A stretch of DNA of 64,000 nt from Nitrospinales bacterium (GCA_965223345.1 CBDCWG010000012.1:1056001-1120000); one strand, 5' to 3'. Shown: positions 40,733 through 51,670, numbered from the stretch's first letter. Notes: generated from the sequence alone by a model not told the origin. Made by a program: numbers and translations.

Positions 40733-42613
40733 TCACGGCGCGTGCAGCACCAGCGTGCAGGGTGCGGAAAAATGCAGGACGCGGTTTTGGTCTTCCTGTT
40801 GCAGGGTGGGGGGATGCGGCGTGAGCGAAAAGCGGTCCTCTTCTGTGTGCAGGGTCCGTTGCGCCCCTTCTATCGCCAGGTTTGGCGGCAGGACGGTTTG
40901 TTGCGGCCCCTCGAAACAGGCGGCGATCAGCAGAGCGGTTTTATCCTGTGCGGTGCGTTTGAGAAACAATGTGTCCTTCTGGACATCCCATTGCAGTTTG
41001 GCATCGGCTGCAAAACAGGGATGATTCCGGCGCAGGGCGAGCGCCGCCCGGTAGAGACGCACGATGCCGGCATGCGGTTCGCTTTCGGGTTCTTGCCAGT
41101 CGAGTTTGCTTTTCGTGAACGTCTCGACCGCTTGCGGGTCGGGGATGGTGCTGCGTTTTTTCGGGTCGTGAAACGCCGCAAATTGCATGAACTCCTGTCT
41201 GCGCCCGCGGGTCACTTTTTTACCCAACGCTTCGGGGTGGTCGGTGAAAAAACAAAACGGCGTGGTGGCCGCCCATTCCTGTCCCATGAACAAAAGCGGG
41301 GTCGCCGGAGACAGCAGCAGCCAGGCGCTGAGCGCGCGGTAGACCGCAAGGTCGATGTTGAAATTCAGCCGGTCGCCGTGCGCGCGGTTTCCCACCTGAT
41401 CGTGGTTTTGGATGCAGTGCACAAACCGCTGCGGCGGGATGGCTTCGGTCGGGGTGCCGCGGGTGCGGTTGCGGTGCACGGAATGCTGTCCGGTGTAAAA
41501 CCAGCCCTGCTGCATGGTCTGCAACAGGTCTTCCGGCGTGCCGGAAAAGTCGCGGAAATAGCCGTCGTCGTCGCCGGCGATGAGGCGGCGGACCTGATGG
41601 TGGAAATCGTCCGCCCACACCGCGTCCAGACCGTAGCCTCCCTGATCGACGGGCCGGATGATGCGGTGGTCGTTGTCGTCGTCTTCCGCGATGAGCAGGG
41701 CGGGACGGGAAGTCCTCGCGCGGGCGTGCACCGTTTGTGCCAGTTCCTGCAAAAAATGGGTCGGGCTGTCGTCGATGATGGCGTGGGTGGCGTCGAGGCG
41801 CAGGCCGTCGATGTGGTACTCGTGGATCCAGTGCAATGCGTTCTCGATGAAAAACGCGCGCACCGGCCCGGAGGCTTTGCCGTCGAAATTGATGGCGTCG
41901 CCCCAGGGGCTCTTGTGCCGGGACGTGAAGTAGCTGGATGCGTACGCGCCCCAATAGGCGCCTTCGGGACCGAAATGGTTGTAGACCACATCCAAAAACA
42001 CGCCAAGTTCCAGCGCGTGCGCCGCGTCCACCAGGTTCCGCAAATCGTCGGGGGCGCCGTAGCAGCGCGCCGGGGCGAACAGGTCCACGCCGTCGTAGCC
42101 CCAGTTGCGCTGGCCGGGAAAATCCGCCACCGGCATCAGTTCGACGGCGGTGGCGCCGAGGTCTTTGATCCAGCGCAGTTTTTTCACAACGCCGGAAAAA
42201 TCGCCCTGCGGGTGGAACGTGCCCACGTGCAGTTCGTAGAGGATCAGGTTGTCCCGGTCCAGACCCTGCCAATGCGAATCGGTCCAGGTGAAGCGGGACG
42301 GGTCCACCACTTGCGACGGGCCGTGCACCCCTTCCGGCTGAAAGCGCGACGCGGGGTCCGGATAGGCAGCGCCGCCGTCGATGCGATAGCGGTAGCGATC
42401 GCCCGGCCGGGCTTCGGCGAGCGTGCAGGAAAAATAGCCTGCGTCTTCGGCGTGCATCGGATGGACGGTCTCGCCGTCGCTCTCCGGATGGAGGATCACC
42501 TCCATATTGCGGGCTTTCGGCGCCCACAGACGGAACCGGGTGCCTGCGTCCGTCCGGAAAGCCCCCAGCGAGGGCGTGAAGCTCACTTCTTTTTGCTCTG
42601 CGGTATCAGACAT
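40733..42613 (-). CDS. treZ: malto-oligosyltrehalose trehalohydrolase
   Basis: FRLWAP, RNWGYDG, LRLDATH, QNHDQVGNRA.G.R, FMGQEW. Confidence 0.95.
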   Translation of the reverse strand: MSDTAEQKEVSFTPSLGAFRTDAGTRFRLWAPKARNMEVILHPESDGETVHPMHAEDAGYFSCTLAEARPGDRYRYRIDGGAAYPDPASRFQPEGVHGPSQVVDPSRFTWTDSHWQGLDRDNLILYELHVGTFHPQGDFSGVVKKLRWIKDLGATAVELMPVADFPGQRNWGYDGVDLFAPARCYGAPDDLRNLVDAAHALELGVFLDVVYNHFGPEGAYWGAYASSYFTSRHKSPWGDAINFDGKASGPVRAFFIENALHWIHEYHIDGLRLDATHAIIDDSPTHFLQELAQTVHARARTSRPALLIAEDDDNDHRIIRPVDQGGYGLDAVWADDFHHQVRRLIAGDDDGYFRDFSGTPEDLLQTMQQGWFYTGQHSVHRNRTRGTPTEAIPPQRFVHCIQNHDQVGNRAHGDRLNFNIDLAVYRALSAWLLLSPATPLLFMGQEWAATTPFCFFTDHPEALGKKVTRGRRQEFMQFAAFHDPKKRSTIPDPQAVETFTKSKLDWQEPESEPHAGIVRLYRAALALRRNHPCFAADAKLQWDVQKDTLFLKRTAQDKTALLIAACFEGPQQTVLPPNLAIEGAQRTLHTEEDRFSLTPHPPTLQQEDQNRVLHFSAPCTLVLHAP

Positions 42614-44712
42614 AGAACAGCCATCGAACGGCTCTCCAGGGAGTAGGCCCTGCCTCCCCGGCCGATGCCTTGCGTTTCAGGGTTGTGCGTGTCCAGCAGC
42701 GGTTCCCAGCGGGTGCCTTTTTTGTGGGCGGGCAGGATGAACGGGGTTTTTTCCGCAGACGCGTTGATCAAAAGCAGCATCGTCTCCCCCTGCAGGTGAT
42801 TGCCGTGATCGTCGGTTTCGTGCAGGGCGTCGCCGGAAATCCGCAGGCCAATGACGCGCGTTTCCGGATCGTTCCATTTGGCCTGGGTCATCTCGCGGCC
42901 GGTGGGGGCGATCCAGGAGATGTCCTTGGACTGGGATTTGCGTATTTTTTTTCCCTTGAAAAAGCGGGTGCGCGTGAACACGGGATGGGTTTGGCGCAGC
43001 GTGAGGACGCAGCGGAAAAAATCCAGAAACCGCAGCGCCTCCTTGTTCAGGTTCCAGTCGTGCCAGCTGATTTCGTTGTCCTGGCAATAGGCGTTGTTGT
43101 TGCCCTGCTGGGTGCGGCCGAGTTCGTCTCCGCCGCTGATCATCGGCACGCCCTGCGACAGCAGCAGGGTGGTGATGAGGTTGCGCTTCTGCTTGGCGCG
43201 CAGGGCGCGGATTTTAGAATTCGCCGTAGGGCCTTCGACGCCGCAGTTCCAGTTGTGGTTTGCGTCGGTGCCGTCGCGGTTGTCTTCGCCGTTGGCTTCG
43301 TTTTTTTTCGACTGGTACGTCACCAGATCCTGCAACGTGAACCCGTCGTGCGCGGTGATGAAGTTGACGCTCGCCTGCGGCGTCTTGCCGTTGTACTGGT
43401 ACAGGTCGCTGCTTCCGGACAGGCGGCTGGCGAATTCCGCCAGGGTCCCCGCATCGCCTTTCCAGAAGCGGCGCACGGCGTCGCGGTATTTGCCGTTCCA
43501 CTCGCTCCACAAAGACGGAAACTGCCCCACCTGATAGCCGCCTTCACCCAGGTCCCAGGGTTCGGCGATCAGCTTGACCCTGGAAAGCACCGGGTCCTGA
43601 TAGATGCTCTGCATGAACGCGCTGTGAAAATCCACGTGCGGGTCCTTGCGGGTGAGCGCCGTGGCGAGGTCGAAGCGGAAGCCGTCCACGTGCATTTCGG
43701 TGACCCAGTAACGCAGGCTGTCGAGGACCAGCTTGAGCACCGCCGGATGCCGGATATCGACCGTGTTGCCGCAGCCGGTGTGGTCTTCGTAGTAGCGGGG
43801 CTCCCCGGGATTCAGCCGGTAATAAACCGGATTGTCGATGCCGCGGAAAGAAAGGGTCGGGCCCAAGTGATTGCCTTCCGCGGTGTGGTTGTACACCACA
43901 TCCAGGATCACCTCGATGCCTTCCAGGTGCAGGGTGCGCACCATGCTTTTGAATTCCTGAAGGGGGTCGCCCATGCTGCCCGAATGAAAACGGGTGTCGG
44001 GCGCGAAGTAGGCGAGGGTGTTGTAGCCCCAGTAATTGGTCAGATTGTTTTCGTGCAGGTGCGGTTCGGTGAAATGCTGGTGGACGGGCAACAGCTCGAC
44101 GGCGGTGACGCCCAGCGATTTCAAGTGATCGATCACGGGCTCGGTGGCGAGTCCGGCGAAGGTGCCGCGCAGCTTGGCCGGCACTTTGGGATGGCGCGCG
44201 GTCAGCCCTTTCACGTGGGTTTCGTAGATGACGGTCCGGTTCATGGGGATGTCCGGCGGCCGGTCCTCGCCCCACGTGAACGAGGTGTCCGCCACCACGC
44301 AGAGCGGGGCGTGGGCGGCGTTGTCGCGTTTGTCCAGGAGCAGATCCTTGTTGTCGGAATCGCGCGGATACGCGAACGCCCGGTCGTGCCCCTTGCCGGT
44401 GCGCACCACCCATTTGGCGTACGGGTCGGTGAGCAGACGGTTGGGGTTGAACCGCAGGCCGTTCTGCGGATCGTAGGGGCCGTGGACGCGGTAGGCGTAG
44501 AGACAACCGGGATTCACGCCTTCCAGATAGATGTGCCAGATGTGGTGCGTGGGTTCGGTGAGGGAAAAGGAAACGAATTCCTTGCGCGCCTGGGCGGATT
44601 CGAACAGGCAGAGATCCACACCGGTGGCGTGCTCGCTGTAAAGGGAAAAATTGACGCCGTGTCCGTCCCAGGTGGCGCCGAGTGGGTAAGGGTTTCCTTT
44701 TTTCTTCCTCAT
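42583..44712 (-). CDS. glgX: glycogen debranching enzyme GlgX/TreX
   Basis: [46 protein letters not shown]. Confidence 0.95.
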   Translation of the reverse strand: MRKKKGNPYPLGATWDGHGVNFSLYSEHATGVDLCLFESAQARKEFVSFSLTEPTHHIWHIYLEGVNPGCLYAYRVHGPYDPQNGLRFNPNRLLTDPYAKWVVRTGKGHDRAFAYPRDSDNKDLLLDKRDNAAHAPLCVVADTSFTWGEDRPPDIPMNRTVIYETHVKGLTARHPKVPAKLRGTFAGLATEPVIDHLKSLGVTAVELLPVHQHFTEPHLHENNLTNYWGYNTLAYFAPDTRFHSGSMGDPLQEFKSMVRTLHLEGIEVILDVVYNHTAEGNHLGPTLSFRGIDNPVYYRLNPGEPRYYEDHTGCGNTVDIRHPAVLKLVLDSLRYWVTEMHVDGFRFDLATALTRKDPHVDFHSAFMQSIYQDPVLSRVKLIAEPWDLGEGGYQVGQFPSLWSEWNGKYRDAVRRFWKGDAGTLAEFASRLSGSSDLYQYNGKTPQASVNFITAHDGFTLQDLVTYQSKKNEANGEDNRDGTDANHNWNCGVEGPTANSKIRALRAKQKRNLITTLLLSQGVPMISGGDELGRTQQGNNNAYCQDNEISWHDWNLNKEALRFLDFFRCVLTLRQTHPVFTRTRFFKGKKIRKSQSKDISWIAPTGREMTQAKWNDPETRVIGLRISGDALHETDDHGNHLQGETMLLLINASAEKTPFILPAHKKGTRWEPLLDTHNPETQGIGRGGRAYSLESRSMAVLCLIPQSKKK

Positions 44713-44765
44713 CGCCTCGTGTGGGCGGACGGGGGAAGCAGGATCATAAAGGATGCCTCATCGGG

Positions 44766-45266
44766 TCAATAAACGGGATTGTGAAAATAATACAGGGCGT
44801 CGTCTCCGGGATTGATGCTGTAGTCCGGCAGGCTGGAACAGTGTTCCAGAGCGATTTTCCAGGACCGGTTTTCCTTTTGAAACACATAACTGCACACGCT
44901 GTGCTGCCGATCGTCGGTGTCGGTGCTTTTCGAGGTGATGCTCGAAATTTCATCCACGAGCAGAAATCCCACGTTGTCGCCGACTTTGCCGGAGAGCACC
45001 TGCCGTTGGGTTTTGCATTTCATGTCCCTGAAATCGGACATCATCTGGCGGTAACCCTCGATGCGGTTTTCCAGCAGATAGCGCTTGTCGTCTCCCAGGA
45101 TCACCTGTTTGGGGGCGTAATGTTCGGTGATTTTTTCCGGTTCCGAACAGACGAGGCCATCCAGCTTCTTGAGGACTTCGCTCAGAACTTTGGTTTCGGC
45201 CGCCTGTGCGCGGGCCGGTGTGAGGACCGTCAAAACAACCCAAGTCAATAATATAACTTTTGCCAT
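44766..45266 (-). CDS. secreted NTF2/SnoaL-like fold protein
   Basis: Signal peptide MAKVILL...AQA; C-terminal FQKENRSWKIALEHCS typical of NTF2-like proteins. Confidence 0.7.
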   Translation of the reverse strand: MAKVILLTWVVLTVLTPARAQAAETKVLSEVLKKLDGLVCSEPEKITEHYAPKQVILGDDKRYLLENRIEGYRQMMSDFRDMKCKTQRQVLSGKVGDNVGFLLVDEISSITSKSTDTDDRQHSVCSYVFQKENRSWKIALEHCSSLPDYSINPGDDALYYFHNPVY

Positions 45267-45336
45267 GTGTTTCACAATTCCAATTCCTCCGCAAGCGTCC
45301 ATAATTTTGATTGAATTCGTTTTCACTGCATTATTT

Positions 45337-47526
45337 TTACGGGAAGTTCTGAAAATAGATTTCCACGGTTTCTCCATCGTGCGCCCATCCGAATGTCCCG
45401 GTTCCCGCATAGGTCGTGATGATCCCGTTGGTATCGACTTTACGGATGCGGTTGTTGCCCATGTCGGAGATGAACATGTTGCCCTTTCTGTCGAACGCAA
45501 CGGCGGACGGGTTTTTCAGCATGGCTTTCTCGGCCGGTCCGTCGTCGCCCGCGTATCCCTGGTATCCGCGGCCCGCCACCGTGACGATGTTGCCGTCTTT
45601 GGTGATCTTGCGGATGGTGTGGGTGTTGGAGCCGACGATGTGCAGCTCACCGGCCGGGCTGACCTTGAGGTAGTCCATCGAACGGATTCCGGCTTCCAGC
45701 GCCGGTCCGCCGTCGCCGGTGTCCTTGTGGTTGCCGTTGCCCGCGATGGTGCTCACGATGCCGTTGGTGTCGATTTTGCGGATCAGGTTGTTGGCGGTGT
45801 CCGCAACGTACAGATTGTCTTCTTTGTCGAACGCAAGCGCCCCCGGATCGCGGAACGCCGCCTGGGCCGCCGGCCCGCCGTCGCCGAAATAATCCGAATC
45901 GCCGGTGCCGGCGAAGTTGGTGATGTTTCCGCTGGCGTCGATTTTACGGATCTGATGGTTCAGCCGGTCCACGATGAACAGGTTGTCCTTGCTGTCGAAG
46001 GCGATGTCCGAGAAATGCGTGATGAAGGCGAGGGCGCCCGTGGAGGCGCGGCCTTTGAACTTGGACGCCTGCAGCGCTTCGACGTATTTGGGGTTCGCCG
46101 ATTCCATGAACTCGGTGATGATGCCCTTGGTGTCGATTTTGCGGATGATGCTGACGAAGCCCGAGGGGCTCACCATGAACAGTTCGCCTTTACTGTTCAG
46201 GTCGATGGAGGTGACGTGGTACAGCGACGCTTCGATCGCCGGTCCGCCGTTGCCCACATTGCCGCGGGTGCTGTTGCCCGCGATGGTCTGAATGATTCCC
46301 TGCGGGCTGATCTTGCGGATGCGGTAATGCCCCTTGTCGGAAAAGAGCAGGTTGCCGTCTTTATCCACGACCATGCCGTGCGGGAAGTTGAGCACCGCGC
46401 CCGTCGCCGGGCCGCCGTCGCCGGCGAACTGTTTCTTGCCGTTGCCCGCAACGGTTTCGATGGTGCCCTTTTTCAGATCGATGCGGCGGATGCGGTAATG
46501 CGAGCGGTCGATGACCAGCAGGCTGCCGTCCGGTTCCACGGCGACGCCGAAGGGCAGGTGCAGGTTGGTGTCGCGGGCGAGTTCGGAATCGCCGTTGTAG
46601 TCCTGCTGGCCGGTGCCGGCGATCGTCCGGATCATGCCCTGCGAGTCGATCACGCGAATGCGGTTGTTGTTGCGGTCGGCGATGTAGATGTTGCCTTTCT
46701 TATCGACGGCGACGCCGGTGGGGCCGGCGATGCTCGCCCGGTAAGCGGGGCCGTTGTCACCGATGAAGAAAAAGCCGCCGTCTCCGCCGACGGTGGTGAT
46801 GATGCCTTCCGGGTTCACCTTGCGGATGCGGTTGTTGCCGCGGTCGGCAATGAACAGATTGCCCTTGTCGTCGGTGGCTACGCCGAAGGGCCGGTCCACC
46901 CGCGCCTTGACCGCAGGGCCCGCATCGCCCGAATAACCGGTGTCGCCGTTGCCGGCGTAGGTCGAGATGACGCCGTTGGCGTCGATTTTACGCACGCGGT
47001 TGTTGGAGCGGTCGGCTATGAATATGTTTCCTTTATTGTCGAGAGCGATTCCGGAAGGCAGGTTGAGCTGCGCTTGGGTCGCCGGTCCGCCGTCGCCACT
47101 GAACCCGGCTGTCCCGGTTCCTGCAATTGTTGTAATGATTCCCTTTTCATCCACCCGGCGCACCACGTGGTTTTCCCGGTCGGCGATGTAGACGTTGCCT
47201 TTGTCGTCCACGGCCAGGCCGGCGGGGATTCTCAGCGTGGCTTTCACGGCGGGGCCGGTGTCTCCGCTGTAACCTGCGGAACCGGTGCCGGCGACCAGGG
47301 TCATGCGCCCTTTGTCGTCGATTTTGTGTACGGTGTTGTGATCCCGGCGGGAGAAGTAGATGTTGCCTTTTTTATCGACGGTCAGGCCATCGACCAGCGA
47401 GATATCGGTATCGGTGGCCCGGACTCCCTTTCCCCAAGCGGAGGAAGCGAACAGGAGACCGGTCAGAATGAGTACGGTGAATACGGTGAAACGGGGGTGC
47501 CTTGGAGCGAGCATGTTGTGCCTCAT
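45337..47526 (-). CDS. secreted NHL-repeat beta-propeller protein (about 12 repeats)
   Basis: About 56-aa repeats IRKID..G.ITT.AG.G..G..GD.GPA..A.L..P.G.A.D..GN.YIAD; start approximate. Confidence 0.92.
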   Translation of the reverse strand: MRHNMLAPRHPRFTVFTVLILTGLLFASSAWGKGVRATDTDISLVDGLTVDKKGNIYFSRRDHNTVHKIDDKGRMTLVAGTGSAGYSGDTGPAVKATLRIPAGLAVDDKGNVYIADRENHVVRRVDEKGIITTIAGTGTAGFSGDGGPATQAQLNLPSGIALDNKGNIFIADRSNNRVRKIDANGVISTYAGNGDTGYSGDAGPAVKARVDRPFGVATDDKGNLFIADRGNNRIRKVNPEGIITTVGGDGGFFFIGDNGPAYRASIAGPTGVAVDKKGNIYIADRNNNRIRVIDSQGMIRTIAGTGQQDYNGDSELARDTNLHLPFGVAVEPDGSLLVIDRSHYRIRRIDLKKGTIETVAGNGKKQFAGDGGPATGAVLNFPHGMVVDKDGNLLFSDKGHYRIRKISPQGIIQTIAGNSTRGNVGNGGPAIEASLYHVTSIDLNSKGELFMVSPSGFVSIIRKIDTKGIITEFMESANPKYVEALQASKFKGRASTGALAFITHFSDIAFDSKDNLFIVDRLNHQIRKIDASGNITNFAGTGDSDYFGDGGPAAQAAFRDPGALAFDKEDNLYVADTANNLIRKIDTNGIVSTIAGNGNHKDTGDGGPALEAGIRSMDYLKVSPAGELHIVGSNTHTIRKITKDGNIVTVAGRGYQGYAGDDGPAEKAMLKNPSAVAFDRKGNMFISDMGNNRIRKVDTNGIITTYAGTGTFGWAHDGETVEIYFQNFP

Positions 47527-47877
47527 GGTTGCTTTTCGCCCTTTCCCGGTGTTGCTAAAAAAGGCGTTCGGGTGTCGGTATGGATCGTTCAAATGACTTG
47601 TGGAACACTGATAATCCGGTGATTTTTCACTCTGGCAACGGGACGTCCCGGTCTTGAATACACAAAACTGTTCCCGTCCTGCCCTTTGGAATATTTTATA
47701 ATTCAGAGGGTTCGAGCGGGAAGGGTTTGAGGGGCCGGTCGGTACCGCGATTTCGACCCTGTAAACCTCCTGCCCGGACCGGTGCCCGAAAACGGGAATC
47801 ATTGCACAAAACCTTCTGGTCATCGCGATGATCAGAAGGTTTCTGAGGGCGTGTCCGTTGTCTTGCCTTATGGGTCG

Positions 47878-47905
47878 ATTATACGTTTAGGGGTAGTGAT
47901 GTCAA
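47878..47905 (-). promoter_or_regulatory. consensus sigma70 promoter facing the NHL gene
   Basis: TTGACA-16 bp-TATAAT on the minus strand. Confidence 0.7.
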
Positions 47906-48018
47906 TTGGATTTTGATCTTGTATTTTAAGCAGTTCGCCCCTTCGAAGCGCATCGGTTCCGGTCGCGGTTTCAACCGATGTGGGAAACCCCGGGCAATGG
48001 TGCTATGATGTTGGAATC

Positions 48019-49809
48019 ATGAAAACTGTATTGATATTTCCGGCGCAGTGGTATCCCACGCAGCCTTATCTCAGCACACCCTACCTCACGGCCTATCTGC
48101 AGTCGAAAGGCTGGGAGGTTGCGCAGCGGGATTACAACATCGAATCCTACGACCGCTTCCTGTCACCCGAATGGCTGCAAAAAGCCGTCGGCAAAATGGA
48201 GACGCGGTTGCATGAAGTGCGCTCCAAAAACCGGTTCAGCATCAGGGAGAAATCGCTGCTGGACGTGCTCGCCACCGGTCTGAAATTCGCGCCCGCCATC
48301 CTGTCGCAGGTGGAGGAAGCCAAGCAGGTGATGCGGACGCCGGAACGGTTCTTCGATTTCGATTCCTACCGGCAGGCGGACATGGTGATCAAGTCCGCGC
48401 TCAAGCTGGTGTCCGACGCCTATTCCCCGTCCATCTTTTCCCTGTCCACGTTTGAAAGCGGAACGCGGGCGGAGGAATCGACACAAAAAGCCGGCCGCTT
48501 CACGCAGAACCGCGAGGTCAATCCCTTCATCGAACTGTACGAGGAATCCCTGCTTCCCGGCGAGGACTGGCAGGACTGCCAGGTGGCGGGGATCTCGATC
48601 GTGGGGATCTCGCAGATCCTTCCGGGGCTCACGCTGGCGCGCATGCTGAAGGAGGCGCACCCGCATTTGCACGTGGTGCTCGGCGGACCGATTTTCAGCG
48701 TCAACGGCAGCCAGTTGAAGACGAAGCCGGAATTTTTCGATGCGTTCTGCGACAGCGTCGTCACCTTCGAAGGCGAGGAACCGCTGCACCGGCTCCTGCA
48801 GGCGCTCAAGCAGGGCAGTTCGCTGCACGAGGTTCCCAATCTGATTTTCAAAGACGGCGATCAAGTCTGCCTCAACAAGGAACGGGTGGAGCTGCGTTTC
48901 GAGGATCTGCCGCCGCCGACGTTCGAAGGGCTGGACATGCAGCGTTACCTGTCGCCGTATCCCATCCTGCCAGTGCTGCAGAGCCGCGGCTGCTACTGGG
49001 GCAAATGCACCTTCTGCACGCACAGCTACGTCTACGGGCACCGCTACGGCAAACAGCGCACGCGCCAGATGGTGGACGAATTGCAGGCGCTCGCTGAAAA
49101 ATACGGCACCCGCTATTTCACGTTTTCCGACGAGGCGGTCTCGCCGCACTCTCTGAACGATGTGTCGGAAGAGATGATCGAACGCGGATTCGAGATCCGC
49201 TCGCTGGCGCTGCTCAAATTCGAAAAGGTGATGGATGCGGCGCTGTTCGAAAAGATGAAACAGGCGGGCTTCGTGTTTTTGATGTTTGGCCTTGAAAGCG
49301 CCAACGACCGGGTGCTGCAGCTCATCGACAAGGGCACCTGCAAGGAAGTGGAACAGGAGGTGCTGAAAAAGAGCAGCGAGGCGGGGATCTGGAATCATTC
49401 GTTTCTGTTTTTTGGATTCCCGACCGAAACCCGCGACGAGGCGCAGGAGACGATCGATTTTCTGATGGACAACCTCGATTCGATCCATTCCTTCGGGCCC
49501 GGCGTGTTTCTGCTGAACCGCGACTCCAGCTGCTACCAATACCCGGAACGGTACGCGATCGAAAAAATCATTCAGGACCCGGAAGCCGACATCGCCATGA
49601 ACCTGGATTTTGTGACCACGCAGGGGATGACGCGCGAAGAAGCGGTGGCGATGAACGACAAATGCATTCAGATGGCGGAAGAAAAGTTCCCTTCGCTCAA
49701 GATATGGGGGACCCTGCCGCGAGAACATTTTCTGCTCTACCTCGACCGCTACGGCAAAGACGCGCTGAGCGGTAAGCCCAACCTGACGGGAAACCAGGTC
49801 CTCTGCTGA
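48019..49809 (+). CDS. cobalamin-binding-domain radical SAM protein
   Basis: Long N-terminal B12-binding-like region (VVLGGP..., FEGEEP); RGCYWGKCTFC; GLESAN. Confidence 0.9.
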   Translation: MKTVLIFPAQWYPTQPYLSTPYLTAYLQSKGWEVAQRDYNIESYDRFLSPEWLQKAVGKMETRLHEVRSKNRFSIREKSLLDVLATGLKFAPAILSQVEEAKQVMRTPERFFDFDSYRQADMVIKSALKLVSDAYSPSIFSLSTFESGTRAEESTQKAGRFTQNREVNPFIELYEESLLPGEDWQDCQVAGISIVGISQILPGLTLARMLKEAHPHLHVVLGGPIFSVNGSQLKTKPEFFDAFCDSVVTFEGEEPLHRLLQALKQGSSLHEVPNLIFKDGDQVCLNKERVELRFEDLPPPTFEGLDMQRYLSPYPILPVLQSRGCYWGKCTFCTHSYVYGHRYGKQRTRQMVDELQALAEKYGTRYFTFSDEAVSPHSLNDVSEEMIERGFEIRSLALLKFEKVMDAALFEKMKQAGFVFLMFGLESANDRVLQLIDKGTCKEVEQEVLKKSSEAGIWNHSFLFFGFPTETRDEAQETIDFLMDNLDSIHSFGPGVFLLNRDSSCYQYPERYAIEKIIQDPEADIAMNLDFVTTQGMTREEAVAMNDKCIQMAEEKFPSLKIWGTLPREHFLLYLDRYGKDALSGKPNLTGNQVLC

Positions 49810-49858
49810 GGCGCGTTCCGGGTTTGCCGAACGGTTGATTCACATTGGGAATCGTACG

Positions 49859-51670
49859 ATGAAGATCCTGCTTCTGTTTCCACCGGACTGGCTCCCCTCG
49901 GAGCCGTACCTGAGCCTGCCCTCGCTGACTTCGGTGCTGCGTCCCAAAGGGCACGACGTGATCCAGAAAGACATCAATGTGGAAATGTACGACCTGTTTT
50001 TCAGCGCGCCGTTCATGGACCACGTCGCCGGCCGCATCGCCTACGAGTTGAATCACCTCAAATACGTGCAGTCGCACCAGGGCCTGAACGAGGAAGAGCA
50101 GGCTCTGTACGACCGGCTCATGGCCTGCACGCCGGAGCGCATCGCTCAGTTCAAGCAGGATGTGGAGCGGGCCAAGGCGATCCTGCGCAGCGAGTCGTTC
50201 TACGAGATCGACTCTCTGGAATGGGCCACGCAGACGCTGCACGAGACGATGGCGTTCATTTCGCTGGGATACTATCCCGCACAGATCTGCTTTCCGCCCA
50301 TCGAGACCGACCTGGTCTACAAACCCTTCATGTCCACCGAAATCCTGGAAGCGCTGGACGACAGGCAGATCAACGTGTACCGCGACGTGTACCGCAAACT
50401 GGTGCTGCCGGTCATGCAGGAGGAACGCCCCGCTCTGGTGGGCATTTCCGTCGTGCAGCAGAAGCAGCTCATTCCCACGTTCACGTTCTGCAAAATGATC
50501 AAGGAGGATTTCCCGGACACGCACATCACGCTGGGCGGCAACATCGTGACGCGCATCCGCGACATCCTGCCGGAAAAACCGCAGCTGTTCGAACACTTCG
50601 ACAGCGCCGTGGTCTACGAAGGGGAGAACGCGTTTCTGCAATTGATCGAAGCGGTGGAACAGAAGAAAGATTTTTCCGGACTGCCGAACCTGATTTACCG
50701 GGACGCGGCGGGCGTGCACGTGAACAAGGAAGTGTTTGCCGAGGACCTTTCCGAACTGCCGCCGCCGGATTTCGACGGCCTCCCGCTGGACAAGTATTTC
50801 GTGCCGGAGCTGATCCTGCCGTATCTGGCGACGCGCGGCTGTTACTGGGGCCGCTGCACGTTCTGCGATCATTTCCAGGGCTACGTGGAAGGGTTCCGCA
50901 CCAAGCAGGTCGATCAGATCGTCGAGGAGATCGAGTTTCTGAAAGACAAATACCGGACCCGTTTCTTTCATTTCACCGACGAGTCGTATCCACCGGCGCT
51001 GTTCCGCAAGCTTTCGCGCGAGCTGATCGAAAAAAAATCCGGCATCGTCTGGACCACGCACATGCGTTTCGAGGAATCGCTGCTCGATGAAGAAGTGTGG
51101 CAGGACGTGCAGGCGTCGGGCTGCCGCTACCTGCACTTCGGCTACGAGTCGGGCAACCAGCGGGTGCTGAAACTCATGGACAAGGCCACCAACCTCGATG
51201 CGATCCGCACCAACCTGCGCATGTCGTCGGAAGCGGGGATCTGGAACCACATCATGGGTTTTTTCGGCTTCCCCGGCGAGACGCATGCGGAAGCCGAAGA
51301 CAGCAAGCGGTTCGTGCACGAAAACCGCGAGCACATCCACTCGCTCGGGTTCATGACCTATGTGCTCGGCAAATACAGTCCCGTGGCGTTCGAGCCGGAC
51401 AAGTACGGTGTGTCCTATTACAAGAATCCCGAATGGGATCTGGCGCTGGACTATTATTTCACTGTCGATAAGGGGCTGGGCATCCAGGAGGCGATGGACG
51501 TGTTCGAAGAGTTCGAAAAAAATCACGACCCGCGCTGGGATCTGCGCACCTGTGTGCGGGAATACATCTTCCTCTACATCGAACGCTTCGGCACCAACAA
51601 GCTGACGCAACTGCAAATGGGCCCCGACCAGCGGCGTCAGGCGTTCCAGAGTCCGGTGGGGATGGTGTGA
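49859..51670 (+). CDS. cobalamin-binding-domain radical SAM protein (paralog)
   Basis: PYLSLPSL, ITLGGN, YEGEN, RGCYWGRCTFC, GYESGN. Confidence 0.9.
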   Translation: MKILLLFPPDWLPSEPYLSLPSLTSVLRPKGHDVIQKDINVEMYDLFFSAPFMDHVAGRIAYELNHLKYVQSHQGLNEEEQALYDRLMACTPERIAQFKQDVERAKAILRSESFYEIDSLEWATQTLHETMAFISLGYYPAQICFPPIETDLVYKPFMSTEILEALDDRQINVYRDVYRKLVLPVMQEERPALVGISVVQQKQLIPTFTFCKMIKEDFPDTHITLGGNIVTRIRDILPEKPQLFEHFDSAVVYEGENAFLQLIEAVEQKKDFSGLPNLIYRDAAGVHVNKEVFAEDLSELPPPDFDGLPLDKYFVPELILPYLATRGCYWGRCTFCDHFQGYVEGFRTKQVDQIVEEIEFLKDKYRTRFFHFTDESYPPALFRKLSRELIEKKSGIVWTTHMRFEESLLDEEVWQDVQASGCRYLHFGYESGNQRVLKLMDKATNLDAIRTNLRMSSEAGIWNHIMGFFGFPGETHAEAEDSKRFVHENREHIHSLGFMTYVLGKYSPVAFEPDKYGVSYYKNPEWDLALDYYFTVDKGLGIQEAMDVFEEFEKNHDPRWDLRTCVREYIFLYIERFGTNKLTQLQMGPDQRRQAFQSPVGMV

